The notes beneath the pieces are model-generated. The model was not told where the DNA came from, made no database searches, and saw nothing but the letters and a program-made list of their open reading frames with translations. DNA of 20,000 bases from an uncultured virus (IMG/VR IMGVR_UViG_3300020428_000009) (Duplodnaviria > Heunggongvirae > Uroviricota > Caudoviricetes), in IMG/VR virus record IMGVR_UViG_3300020428_000009. One strand, 5' to 3'. Below, one piece after another: positions 8,052 through 16,081 of the stretch. Made by a program: the position numbers and the translations under genes. Position 1 is the stretch's first letter. Each line of letters opens with the position of its first letter.

Positions 8052-9851
8052 ATGGCAAAAGAGGATTTTTTAGGTATCCAGATAGATCGGGCGAGAGATG
8101 GGTTGTTTGATAAACTTGGCATACAACGATTACAAGAAAGTTATATGCGAGAAGATGAAGAAAGTCCTCAAGAAAGATTTGCTTTTGTAAGTAAACATTT
8201 TTCTTCTAATGAAGAACACGCACAAAGACTTTACGAATACTCAAGTAAGCATTGGTTGTCGTACAGCACTCCCATTCTATCATTTGGTAGAAGCAACAAG
8301 GGTATGCCTATCTCTTGTTTTTTAAATTACATTAACGACACAGCGGAGGGATTAGTTGAAAACCTTTCAGAAACGAATTGGCTCTCTATGCTTGGCGGTG
8401 GAGTTGGGATTGGTTTTGGCATACGGTCTAGTGACGATAAGTCTACTGGCGTTATGCCTCACCTTAAAACATATGACTCCTCCTGCTTGGCATATCGTCA
8501 GGGAAAAACTAGACGCGGTTCCTACGCTACCTATCTTGATATTAGTCACCCTGATATCATCATGTTCCTTGAGATGCGAAAACCTACAGGAGACCAAAAC
8601 ATTAGATGCTTGAATTTGCATCATGGTATCAATATATCAGATAGATTTATGGAACTCATAGAAAGATGTATGGGTGATGAGAACGCAGACGATAGTTGGC
8701 GACTCATTGATCCACATTCTGGTGTTGTAAAAGATACTGTATCTGCAAAAGCATTGTGGCAAAGAATATTAGAGATGCGTATGGAAACTGGTGAGCCGTA
8801 TATTCATTATATTGACACCAGCAATCGACATTTACCAGAATTTCAAAAAGAAAAGGGGTTAAAGGTACATCAATCAAATCTCTGTTCAGAGATTATTCTA
8901 CCAACAAATAAAGATAGAACGGCTGTTTGTTGTTTGTCTTCAGTAAATCTTGAGTACTATGATGCATGGAGTAAAGATTCCATGTTTCTCAAAGATGTAG
9001 CAGAGATGCTAGATAATGTACTCCAGTACTTCATAGACAACGCTCCAGACGAAGTTAGCCGTGCAAAGTACTCAGCACAACAAGAACGCTCTATAGGAAT
9101 AGGAGCATTGGGGTTTCATGCATATCTACAGAAAAAGAGTATTGCATGGGAAGGGATTTTTGCAAAGAGTACGAATATCAGATTATTTAAACTTATAAGG
9201 AGTAAACTGAATGATGCAAACTTGGAACTGGGTAAAGAAAGAGGCGAGGCTCCTGACGCAAAGGGGACAGGCAGAAGATTTAGCCATGTTATGGCTATCG
9301 CTCCTAATGCTAGTTCTTCTATTATTATGGGAAACACCTCGCCGTCCATTGAACCATATCGTGCAAATGCTTACAGACAAGACACATTATCGGGAGCGTA
9401 TCTCAATAAGAATAAGCATCTGGATGCTCTCATTAAAGATAAGGCTAAAGAAAATAGCAAAATCGATTATGATGAAGTTTGGTCTTCAATAATTGCAAAT
9501 GATGGCTCAGTACAACATCTAACAATATTAGATGAGAATGAAAAAGAAGTTTACAAAACGGCAATGGAAATAGACCAGAGATGGGTAGTAGAACATGGAT
9601 CTACGAGACAGGAGTGGATCGATCAAGCACAATCTTTGAATCTATTTTTTAGACCAGATGTGAATATTAAGTATTTACATGCCGTACACTACATGGCTTG
9701 GAAGCAGGGCTTGAAGACTTTATATTATTGCAGGTCAGAAAAACTAGGCAAGGCAGATAAAGTTTCTAAACGAATTGAGCGAGAGGTTATCAAGGAAATA
9801 GATATGTCCTCACTCTTAAACGAAGATTCTTGTCTGGCTTGCGAAGGATGA
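8052..9851 (+). CDS. nrdA: Ribonucleotide reductase class Ia alpha subunit (short, no evident ATP cone)
   Basis: PISCF, GGGVG, SNLCSEI (thiyl Cys), VCCLSSVN, APNASSS, TLYY and C-terminal CLAC. Confidence 0.96.
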   Translation: MAKEDFLGIQIDRARDGLFDKLGIQRLQESYMREDEESPQERFAFVSKHFSSNEEHAQRLYEYSSKHWLSYSTPILSFGRSNKGMPISCFLNYINDTAEGLVENLSETNWLSMLGGGVGIGFGIRSSDDKSTGVMPHLKTYDSSCLAYRQGKTRRGSYATYLDISHPDIIMFLEMRKPTGDQNIRCLNLHHGINISDRFMELIERCMGDENADDSWRLIDPHSGVVKDTVSAKALWQRILEMRMETGEPYIHYIDTSNRHLPEFQKEKGLKVHQSNLCSEIILPTNKDRTAVCCLSSVNLEYYDAWSKDSMFLKDVAEMLDNVLQYFIDNAPDEVSRAKYSAQQERSIGIGALGFHAYLQKKSIAWEGIFAKSTNIRLFKLIRSKLNDANLELGKERGEAPDAKGTGRRFSHVMAIAPNASSSIIMGNTSPSIEPYRANAYRQDTLSGAYLNKNKHLDALIKDKAKENSKIDYDEVWSSIIANDGSVQHLTILDENEKEVYKTAMEIDQRWVVEHGSTRQEWIDQAQSLNLFFRPDVNIKYLHAVHYMAWKQGLKTLYYCRSEKLGKADKVSKRIEREVIKEIDMSSLLNEDSCLACEG

Positions 9852-10456
9852 TAGAAGTACCTGTAGATAAAAGAATTGCCGTTGTAGTATCTGGTGGTTG
9901 GGACAGTGCTGTACTTTGGTACATGGTAAAGCGAATCTGTCTAGAAAGAAAGCAAGAATGTACCGCATTTACTGTACCGAAAATCGATGGTGCAGAACAT
10001 TATGCTAATAAAGTATTGCGATGGGCATCAGATAGATTGAACTATGAATTTGCTCCTACTAGGATAGTAGGACAGATAACATCTGATAACCCATCTGATT
10101 ATGTTACAAGTGGCGCATACGAAATATTTGAAAAAGGATATGCAGATTTTTTATTTAATGGCATGAACAAATATCCGCCCAATCAAAGAGATATGATGCC
10201 AGAGGGGTACCCACTACCAAATGACAGATGGGTACCAAATGAGAAGACAAAAGATTATGTTGCACATCCTTTTGCTGATATGACTAAAGATCAAACCATT
10301 CAGTTGGGATTTGATCTAGATATTGCCATGGATATTATGCCGATAACTCATAGTTGCACAGAGTTAGACAGAGGCAGATGTAATAATTGTTGGTGGTGCA
10401 AGGAGCGAGAGTGGGGCTTCAAGCAAATAAGGAAAACAGACATTGGAAGAGAGTAA
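9848..10456 (+). CDS. QueC-like PP-loop ATPase with C-terminal Cys4 Zn site
   Basis: PP-loop 'VVVSGGWDS', 'PFADMTK' and C-terminal 'SC-x7-CNNCWWC..R..GF'. ATG 9848 overlaps the nrdA stop (ATGA) with AAGG upstream, so it is preferred over 9830. Confidence 0.8.
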   Translation: MIEVPVDKRIAVVVSGGWDSAVLWYMVKRICLERKQECTAFTVPKIDGAEHYANKVLRWASDRLNYEFAPTRIVGQITSDNPSDYVTSGAYEIFEKGYADFLFNGMNKYPPNQRDMMPEGYPLPNDRWVPNEKTKDYVAHPFADMTKDQTIQLGFDLDIAMDIMPITHSCTELDRGRCNNCWWCKEREWGFKQIRKTDIGRE

Positions 10457-10457
10457 A

Positions 10458-11444
10458 ATGACACCCAAAATTTCTAAATTAACAGACGAAAGAACATATT
10501 TTAAGCCGTTTAATTATCCATGGGCGTATGAGGCATGGTTAAAACATGAGCAATCTCATTGGTTACATACAGAAGTACCTATGTCAGAGGATGTGAAAGA
10601 TTGGAAAGAAAGGTTATCTAAAGAAGAGAAATCATTTCTTACTAACATATTTCGATTCTTTACACAAGGTGATATTGATGTAGCAGATGGATATGTAACT
10701 AATTATTTACCATATTTTCCACAGCCAGAAATTCGTATGATGCTATGTGGATTTGCCGCAAGGGAAGCATTGCATGTAGCCGCATATTCACATCTGATCG
10801 AAACAGTTGGAATGCCAGAGTCTACATATAACGAGTTTTTAGAATATAAGGCTATGGCAGACAAGCACGACTATTTTGTTGGACTGTCTAAGGCGAATGG
10901 ATCTAAAGAAAGCGTGGCTACAAACATAGCCGCTTTTAGTGCATTTACCGAGGGTATGCAGTTATTTTCTTCATTCATTATGCTATTGAATTTTCCAAGA
11001 CACGGTACTATGAAAGGTATGGGTCAGATTGTTACATGGTCTATTGTAGATGAAACAATGCATGCCGAATCTATGATTAAGTTATTCCGTCAATATATAG
11101 AAGAGAATAAAGAGATATGGAATGACAAACTAAAGAGTCAGATTTACACTATCGCTGAAAAGATGGTAGAACTTGAAGACAAGTTCATTGACCTAGCATT
11201 TGCTATGGGACCTATGAACAATTTGACTTCAGAAGGAGTCAAAAAATATATTCGGTATATTGCCGATAGAAGATTGATCAGCCTCGGAATGAGAGGCATT
11301 TTTAAGGTAAAAAGAAATCCTTTGCCATGGGTAGAAGAGATGATCAATGCTCCCACCCACACCAATTTCTTTGAGAATCGGGCGACTGATTATGCAAGAG
11401 GTGCTTTAACGGGTCAATGGCAGGATGTATGGGGTCAAGCGTGA
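10458..11444 (+). CDS. nrdB: Ribonucleotide reductase class Ia beta subunit
   Basis: Di-iron ligands FFTQGD, REALH followed by the radical Tyr (AYS), FTEG and VDETMH. C-terminal NFFENRATDY. ATG 10458 is preferred over TTG 10443. Confidence 0.96.
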   Translation: MTPKISKLTDERTYFKPFNYPWAYEAWLKHEQSHWLHTEVPMSEDVKDWKERLSKEEKSFLTNIFRFFTQGDIDVADGYVTNYLPYFPQPEIRMMLCGFAAREALHVAAYSHLIETVGMPESTYNEFLEYKAMADKHDYFVGLSKANGSKESVATNIAAFSAFTEGMQLFSSFIMLLNFPRHGTMKGMGQIVTWSIVDETMHAESMIKLFRQYIEENKEIWNDKLKSQIYTIAEKMVELEDKFIDLAFAMGPMNNLTSEGVKKYIRYIADRRLISLGMRGIFKVKRNPLPWVEEMINAPTHTNFFENRATDYARGALTGQWQDVWGQA

Positions 11445-11884
11445 AAGAAAAATTTATAAAATATTTTAGTAAGATTGCAGAAGAGACTGCCAAGTTATCT
11501 TATGCAAAGAAATTGAAAGTTGGATGTGTCATAGTAAAAGATAGACGAATTCTATCTATTGGATATAATGGTACTCCTAGTGGATGGGATAACCAGTGTG
11601 AGACTTCGGGTGGTGGTGAATTTTCTACACCAGATGCTTGGAGAACAAAAGAAGAAGTTATCCATGCAGAAGCAAATGCATTGATGAAACTCACACAATC
11701 GACGGAATCATCTGAAGGATCAGTCATGTTCGTTACTCACATGCCATGCATTGAGTGTGCAAAATTGATATATCAAGCAGGTATCAAAGAGATATATTAT
11801 ATCAATGAATACAATGCAAGCAAGGGTACTGGAGCAGATTTTCTAGACAAAGCAGGGATAGCAGTATGTCAAATCCCAGGGTAA
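11441..11884 (+). CDS. cd: dCMP deaminase
   Basis: KVGCVIV, IGYNG, HAE and PCxxC zinc motifs. GTG 11441 overlaps the nrdB stop (GTGA). Confidence 0.93.
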   Translation: MKEKFIKYFSKIAEETAKLSYAKKLKVGCVIVKDRRILSIGYNGTPSGWDNQCETSGGGEFSTPDAWRTKEEVIHAEANALMKLTQSTESSEGSVMFVTHMPCIECAKLIYQAGIKEIYYINEYNASKGTGADFLDKAGIAVCQIPG

Positions 11885-12039
11885 TCGAGTGTGTTTCATG
11901 TGATGCATCATTTAAAGTCCAGCATGAAATGATTGAACACTATTACTCTGTTGAGTATTGCCCATTCTGCGGTGCAGAATTAGAACTAGAAGAAGAACTT
12001 GAAATGACATATGATGAAGACGAGGAAAATGAAACTTAA
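11866..12039 (+). CDS. Small Zn-ribbon protein with acidic tail, 57 aa (not in ORF track)
   Basis: Hand translation: MSNPRVIECVSCDASFKVQHEMIEHYYSVEYCPFCGAELELEEELEMTYDEDEENET*. It has CxxC...CPFC and fills the gap between cd and the next gene exactly. Confidence 0.85.
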   Translation: MSNPRVIECVSCDASFKVQHEMIEHYYSVEYCPFCGAELELEEELEMTYDEDEENET

Positions 12040-12811
12040 AGATATAGTATTAGTTAGCGGTGGTTTTGATCCGCTTCATAATGGACACATACAACTATTT
12101 AAATCTGCGGCAACTTTAGGTCACGAATTAGTAGTTGGTCTCAATAGTGATGAATGGCTAGTGAGAAAGAAAGGCAAAGCATTTTTGGCTTTTGAAGAGA
12201 GAAAAACTATTGTTGAGAGCATAGGGTGTGTTGATTATGTTTGGGCATTTGATGATTCCGATGACACCGCAGACAGATTCCTAAAAAATGCTAGAGAGCA
12301 TTGGCCAGAGAACATCATAATTTTTGCAAACGGTGGTGATAGGAACCAATTAAGCACTCCCGAAGACTGTGAAATTTATGACATTATACCACAATATAAT
12401 ATAGGTGGACAGAAATCTAACAGTAGTAGTACAATATTAAAAGAATGGACAGCAAACAAAACTAAGAGAAAGTGGGGTTCATATCTAGAATTGCATGAAG
12501 ATGATCGAGTGAAGGTCAAAGAACTTACCATCAAGCCATTTAGTGGCATCAGTTATCAGAGACACTTTTTGAGAAGCGAAGTATGGTTTGTGAGTCATGG
12601 AAAATGTACAGTCAGGCACAGCCAAGGTACCGCTACATCTTATACTATGCATAATCTCAGAGAAGATGATGTATTCACCGTGAGAGCAAACGAGTGGCAT
12701 CAAATTGATAATCCCTATTCTGAACCATGCAAGATAATAGAAATTCAATATGGAGAAGAGACAGATGAGGATGACATAGAGCGGTATGTCTATGGCTCTG
12801 GTCCTATCTGA
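12029..12811 (+). CDS. Cytidylyltransferase-family (HxGH) domain fused to a mannose-6-P-isomerase-type cupin
   Basis: N-domain SGGFDPLHNGH, VGLNSDEWL, FANGGDR, K.NSSS. C-domain RKWGSY, SYQRHFLRSEVW, WHQIDN, IIEIQYG...EDDIER. ATG 12029 follows SD GAGG (12022-12025). Confidence 0.88.
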   Translation: MKLKDIVLVSGGFDPLHNGHIQLFKSAATLGHELVVGLNSDEWLVRKKGKAFLAFEERKTIVESIGCVDYVWAFDDSDDTADRFLKNAREHWPENIIIFANGGDRNQLSTPEDCEIYDIIPQYNIGGQKSNSSSTILKEWTANKTKRKWGSYLELHEDDRVKVKELTIKPFSGISYQRHFLRSEVWFVSHGKCTVRHSQGTATSYTMHNLREDDVFTVRANEWHQIDNPYSEPCKIIEIQYGEETDEDDIERYVYGSGPI

Positions 12812-13568
12812 TGTTATGGACAGCGAAAAATTATTATCAGTTGATTTTGAAATCTCTAGTACATGTCAGGCAGTCTGTCCTGTGTGTAGTAGAACGACAG
12901 ATGGTAAATTACAAGAATTCAAACAAGTAACTAAAACACTATCTGAAGTACAGGCTATCTTAGGAGATCTGGTACCTCAATTAAGAATGATGACATTCTG
13001 TGGTAATTATGGAGACACCATGGCATGTACAGAGATAGTAGAAATATGCCAATGGTTATTATCAGAGAATCCAAGACTAAGAATAGATATTGCCACTAAT
13101 GGTGGAATTGGAAAGCCAGCGGCATATGCTGGATTAGGAAAGTTAGGAGTCAATGTTATTTTTGGTCTAGATGGTACTGATGAAGAGACAAATCAGTTGT
13201 ACCGTGTAAATGTTAAATGGAAAAATGTCATAGATAATTTAACTGCATATTCTGAAACAAGCGTGGCTGAACATTCTGGTTGGCAGTTCTTGTTATTTAA
13301 CGAGAATAAGAATCATTTAGAAAATGCCATGCAATTGGCCATAAAATACCGATTGCGAGAGATGTTTATAAACGAGTGGCCAAATCCATTTAGTAGAGGG
13401 TTACATTTTACGCTAGAAGATGAGAAACTTTTCTTCTCAGATAAACAAAAGTTAGATGTCTATAATATTGGAGGCACTAGAACTCACACATTGACACCAG
13501 CATATGATATGCCACAGAAGGTACGGGAGTTAAAAGAGAAATATGGTACAGACTTGCTTTTCATATAA
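12786..13568 (+). CDS. Radical SAM enzyme (core domain)
   Basis: CxxxCxxC motif CQAVCPVC, plus FCGNYGD, ATNGG and FGLDG...YR. The start could alternatively be ATG 12792 or 12816. Confidence 0.9.
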   Translation: MSMALVLSDVMDSEKLLSVDFEISSTCQAVCPVCSRTTDGKLQEFKQVTKTLSEVQAILGDLVPQLRMMTFCGNYGDTMACTEIVEICQWLLSENPRLRIDIATNGGIGKPAAYAGLGKLGVNVIFGLDGTDEETNQLYRVNVKWKNVIDNLTAYSETSVAEHSGWQFLLFNENKNHLENAMQLAIKYRLREMFINEWPNPFSRGLHFTLEDEKLFFSDKQKLDVYNIGGTRTHTLTPAYDMPQKVRELKEKYGTDLLFI

Positions 13569-13809
13569 TATTGATGATCATAAGGACTTTAGCGAGAAAA
13601 ACTTGCATGTTTTTATCTCATGGGATGATAAAGTATATCCATGCTGTATGACAGGTAGCCAAGCAAGACACAATGATGAGAGAGCGAGTTTAAAAGACAA
13701 GAATTTGAAAAAAGTACTTGACAACGGGGTACTAAATGAGTTATACTGGAGTCATTTAGCGTGTGGTACACCAAAAGCGATATGTAAAGACCTTTGTGAA
13801 CAGAGATAA
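13543..13809 (+). CDS. Stand-alone SPASM/twitch-type Fe-S domain, 88 aa
   Basis: C...VFISWDDKVYPCC...C...CKDLC pattern typical of the C-terminal auxiliary cluster domain of radical SAM enzymes. It overlaps the rSAM ORF by 26 nt in the +1 frame. Confidence 0.75.
   Translation: MVQTCFSYNIDDHKDFSEKNLHVFISWDDKVYPCCMTGSQARHNDERASLKDKNLKKVLDNGVLNELYWSHLACGTPKAICKDLCEQR
13718..13747 (+). promoter_or_regulatory. Possible internal sigma70-type promoter
   Basis: TTGACA (13718-13723), 18-bp spacer, TATACT (13742-13747), A-tract upstream. It lies inside a coding region, so it may be chance. Confidence 0.45.
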
Positions 13810-13836
13810 ATAGTAGACTGAAATGAGTAGGTCTAC
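13806..13836 (+). promoter_or_regulatory. T4-like late promoter plus RBS-occluding hairpin
   Basis: ATAAATA (13806-13812) is immediately followed by the inverted repeat GTAGAC (13813-13818) / GTCTAC (13831-13836), extendable by one G-U pair. The repeat encloses the GAGTAGG SD region 3 nt before ATG 13840. Confidence 0.7.
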
Positions 13837-13839
13837 ATT

Positions 13840-14157
13840 ATGGCAAAGAAAAAGAAGCATCGAGTTTACTGCACATATTTTCCAGACGGCAGATACTATA
13901 TTGGGTATTCATGCAAGACGGACAAGTTATACGAAAAATATTATGGTAGTTCAACGATAGTTAAAGAATATGCGGGTGAGTTAAGAAAAGAAACTATCGC
14001 TGAATATGATCAAAGAAACGCCGCAAAAATGCAAGAATTTTTGTTACAGTGGCAATACAGGGATGACCCTAGTTGTATCAATGACATGTTGCATATAAGA
14101 TTGAGAATGAGTCACTTGAAAGATTTTGAACCTATAGAATGGAAGCCGAATGTTTGA
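13840..14157 (+). CDS. Minimal GIY-YIG-family endonuclease (catalytic domain only), 105 aa
   Basis: RVY-x9-YIG motif, Seg-like YYGSS, candidate catalytic Glu (AKMQE) and Asn (CIN). No appended DNA-binding domain. Confidence 0.8.
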   Translation: MAKKKKHRVYCTYFPDGRYYIGYSCKTDKLYEKYYGSSTIVKEYAGELRKETIAEYDQRNAAKMQEFLLQWQYRDDPSCINDMLHIRLRMSHLKDFEPIEWKPNV

Positions 14158-14863
14158 TAAGCATGTGTTCATATTTGGTGGTCCGAGAAATGGCACCTGG
14201 CATTTTCAATATCTATTGACTAAGCAATACCCAGTCTATTATTCTGGTACTGAAAATATAGACCACTGGGATACAGGGTATTCCTCGCTCACAGGTATTA
14301 GTGATCTATGTTTTAAGAGTGTTAGTGATGATATAATTTACAAAGGGCTCTCCAGCGACAAATCCAGAGACGGTGGCATGCATTTTTTCGAAGGAAACTG
14401 CTTACTAGACCCAAAAGACTTTTATCGCAACATACAACGCATAGAATCGTTTGACAGATTGGTAGTCAATAAAGGACAAGAAGTGAGTCTAGATGCCATA
14501 GACAATGTTAAACACCATAAAGTTTTTATTCAGAGAAATAGAAAAGATCAGATACGATCTTGGGTAGTTGCGATGTGCCTAAAGCGATTTCACTGGATTC
14601 CTACCGATATGTGGGACGATATACAACTCCCACTGGTGACACTAAGTGGCATTGATGGTGATTCTGTAGTGACTGCCTGTAAAACTAAATTCGATGCAGT
14701 CGATAAGATGTATAATAAATACAAAGATCAAGATAATTTTACTCTGGTCAGGTATGAAGATGTAAACAACCTTTTTAATGTAGAGCAGGACACTATCTCT
14801 CCTACTCCACCATTTACCCTGTCAGATAAGGTCGAAAGACTTATAGAGAGGGCACAAAAATGA
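14150..14863 (+). CDS. Sulfotransferase-fold (P-loop) protein, 237 aa
   Basis: 5'-PSB-like FIFGGPRNGT, 3'-PB-like IQRNRKDQIRSW (R-x7-S) and LVRYED motif. Confidence 0.72.
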   Translation: MFDKHVFIFGGPRNGTWHFQYLLTKQYPVYYSGTENIDHWDTGYSSLTGISDLCFKSVSDDIIYKGLSSDKSRDGGMHFFEGNCLLDPKDFYRNIQRIESFDRLVVNKGQEVSLDAIDNVKHHKVFIQRNRKDQIRSWVVAMCLKRFHWIPTDMWDDIQLPLVTLSGIDGDSVVTACKTKFDAVDKMYNKYKDQDNFTLVRYEDVNNLFNVEQDTISPTPPFTLSDKVERLIERAQK

Positions 14864-16035
14864 TATTCTTTTTACTCTTGTTATTTTCAGCACTGGCTGT
14901 TTCTGCTGTAGCGGCATGGTTTTCTATAGTAGGATTAATGGCAATATTTCCAGCGGCTGCCATTCCCATATTGGCTATGGGTTCGGCATTAGAGATTGCA
15001 AAACTAGTTACTGCATCTTTCTTATATCGTAGTTGGGAAAAGATACGATGGTTAATGAAATCGTATTTCATATTTGCGGTGATTGTACTATCACTAATAA
15101 CATCTATGGGCATATTTGGATTTCTGTCTAAAGCACACATAGAGCATGATATTGCCGCGGGTGGTAATAATCAGTTATACATTGAAAATCTAGAAAGACA
15201 GATTACCAACCAGCAAAGACTGATTACAGATTCAGAGACAGTTATAGGTCAATTGGATTCTACTGTTGAAACTCTTATTGAATACGATAGGATTAGAGGT
15301 AGAAATGGTGCTCTTGCTGTTAGAGAGTCGCAAACCGAACAACGAAATCAACTAAACGATACAATCAATAGTGCTATAGTAGAGATCGAGACATTAAGCG
15401 ATAAGTTATTGCCGCTAAAACAAGAGAAACTGGCACTAGAGGTAGAAGTAGGACCAATCAAGTACATATCACAATTAATATTGGGTGCAGATGACACGGA
15501 TACCCTTGACAGAGCGGTACGAATTGTGATAATATTACTCGTATTGGTATTTGATCCATTGGCTATATTATTAGTTGTGGGTGCAAATATGGTATGGATG
15601 GAACGCAAAGGTGAGATGATATCATTTACATCATTAGATGACGATGTGGTAAATAAGAATGTTATGGAAGACGAAACACTTGCAGATGATTGGGACGATA
15701 AACCATTAGATGCTATATTTCCGTACGATCAGTTTTTAGGTGGAGAAGACGACCCTATTGACGATGGTAAACAACCAGACATTCCCGACCATGTAGTCAG
15801 AGTTGAACCAGAAGATGATACTATAGAAGACTGGGTAAAGAATAAGTATGGCACATCCTCTGGGACTGATAATCTATCAGACCATGAGAAACAAAAATTA
15901 AACTGGCTAATAGACAAAAAGGGGAAGAATGAAACAACGAACAAAAAAGAAACTACACAAACTGATGAAATCAGGAAGACTAACGAAAGTAATCAAGATG
16001 GCGTGGTCGGAAGCCACGGAGAAGACCGACTCTAA
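14860..16035 (+). CDS. Multi-pass membrane protein with long coiled coil and acidic tail, 391 aa
   Basis: About three N-terminal hydrophobic helices, an ~120-aa coiled coil, 'EVGPIKY', a further TM 'IVIILLVLVFDPLAILLVVGAN' and a D/E-rich tail. Resembles a family I recall from large T4-like phages. Confidence 0.8.
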   Translation: MIFFLLLLFSALAVSAVAAWFSIVGLMAIFPAAAIPILAMGSALEIAKLVTASFLYRSWEKIRWLMKSYFIFAVIVLSLITSMGIFGFLSKAHIEHDIAAGGNNQLYIENLERQITNQQRLITDSETVIGQLDSTVETLIEYDRIRGRNGALAVRESQTEQRNQLNDTINSAIVEIETLSDKLLPLKQEKLALEVEVGPIKYISQLILGADDTDTLDRAVRIVIILLVLVFDPLAILLVVGANMVWMERKGEMISFTSLDDDVVNKNVMEDETLADDWDDKPLDAIFPYDQFLGGEDDPIDDGKQPDIPDHVVRVEPEDDTIEDWVKNKYGTSSGTDNLSDHEKQKLNWLIDKKGKNETTNKKETTQTDEIRKTNESNQDGVVGSHGEDRL

Positions 16036-16081
16036 ACTTGATGAGATGCAGAAAGAGATTAAAAAAGCAAAGGACAAATAA
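15929..16081 (+). CDS. Small basic protein, 50 aa (not in ORF track), overlapping the 3' end of the membrane protein gene
   Basis: Hand translation: MKQRTKKKLHKLMKSGRLTKVIKMAWSEATEKTDSKLDEMQKEIKKAKDK*. SD-like AGGGGA upstream; its TAA overlaps the next ATG (TAATG). Confidence 0.6.
   Translation: MKQRTKKKLHKLMKSGRLTKVIKMAWSEATEKTDSKLDEMQKEIKKAKDK

Noticed and set aside
8356..9492. Alternative-frame plus-strand ORFs inside nrdA (8356-8613, 9211-9492)
   Set aside because: No motifs. nrdA is continuous with all catalytic motifs, so there is no sign of an intron, intein or frameshift.
9848..13568. Calling QueC-like plus radical SAM a 7-deazaguanine (queC/queE) DNA-modification pathway
   Set aside because: The radical SAM has a SPASM-type partner and does not resemble QueE, the QueC-like protein lacks canonical motifs, and no folE, queD or dpdA is in the window.
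11866..14863. RiPP-like cluster with the 57-aa peptide as precursor (acidic Tyr as sulfation site, rSAM-SPASM as maturase)
   Set aside because: The peptide is better explained as a CxxC/CPFC Zn ribbon. No RRE, protease or transporter is seen, so the idea is unsupported.
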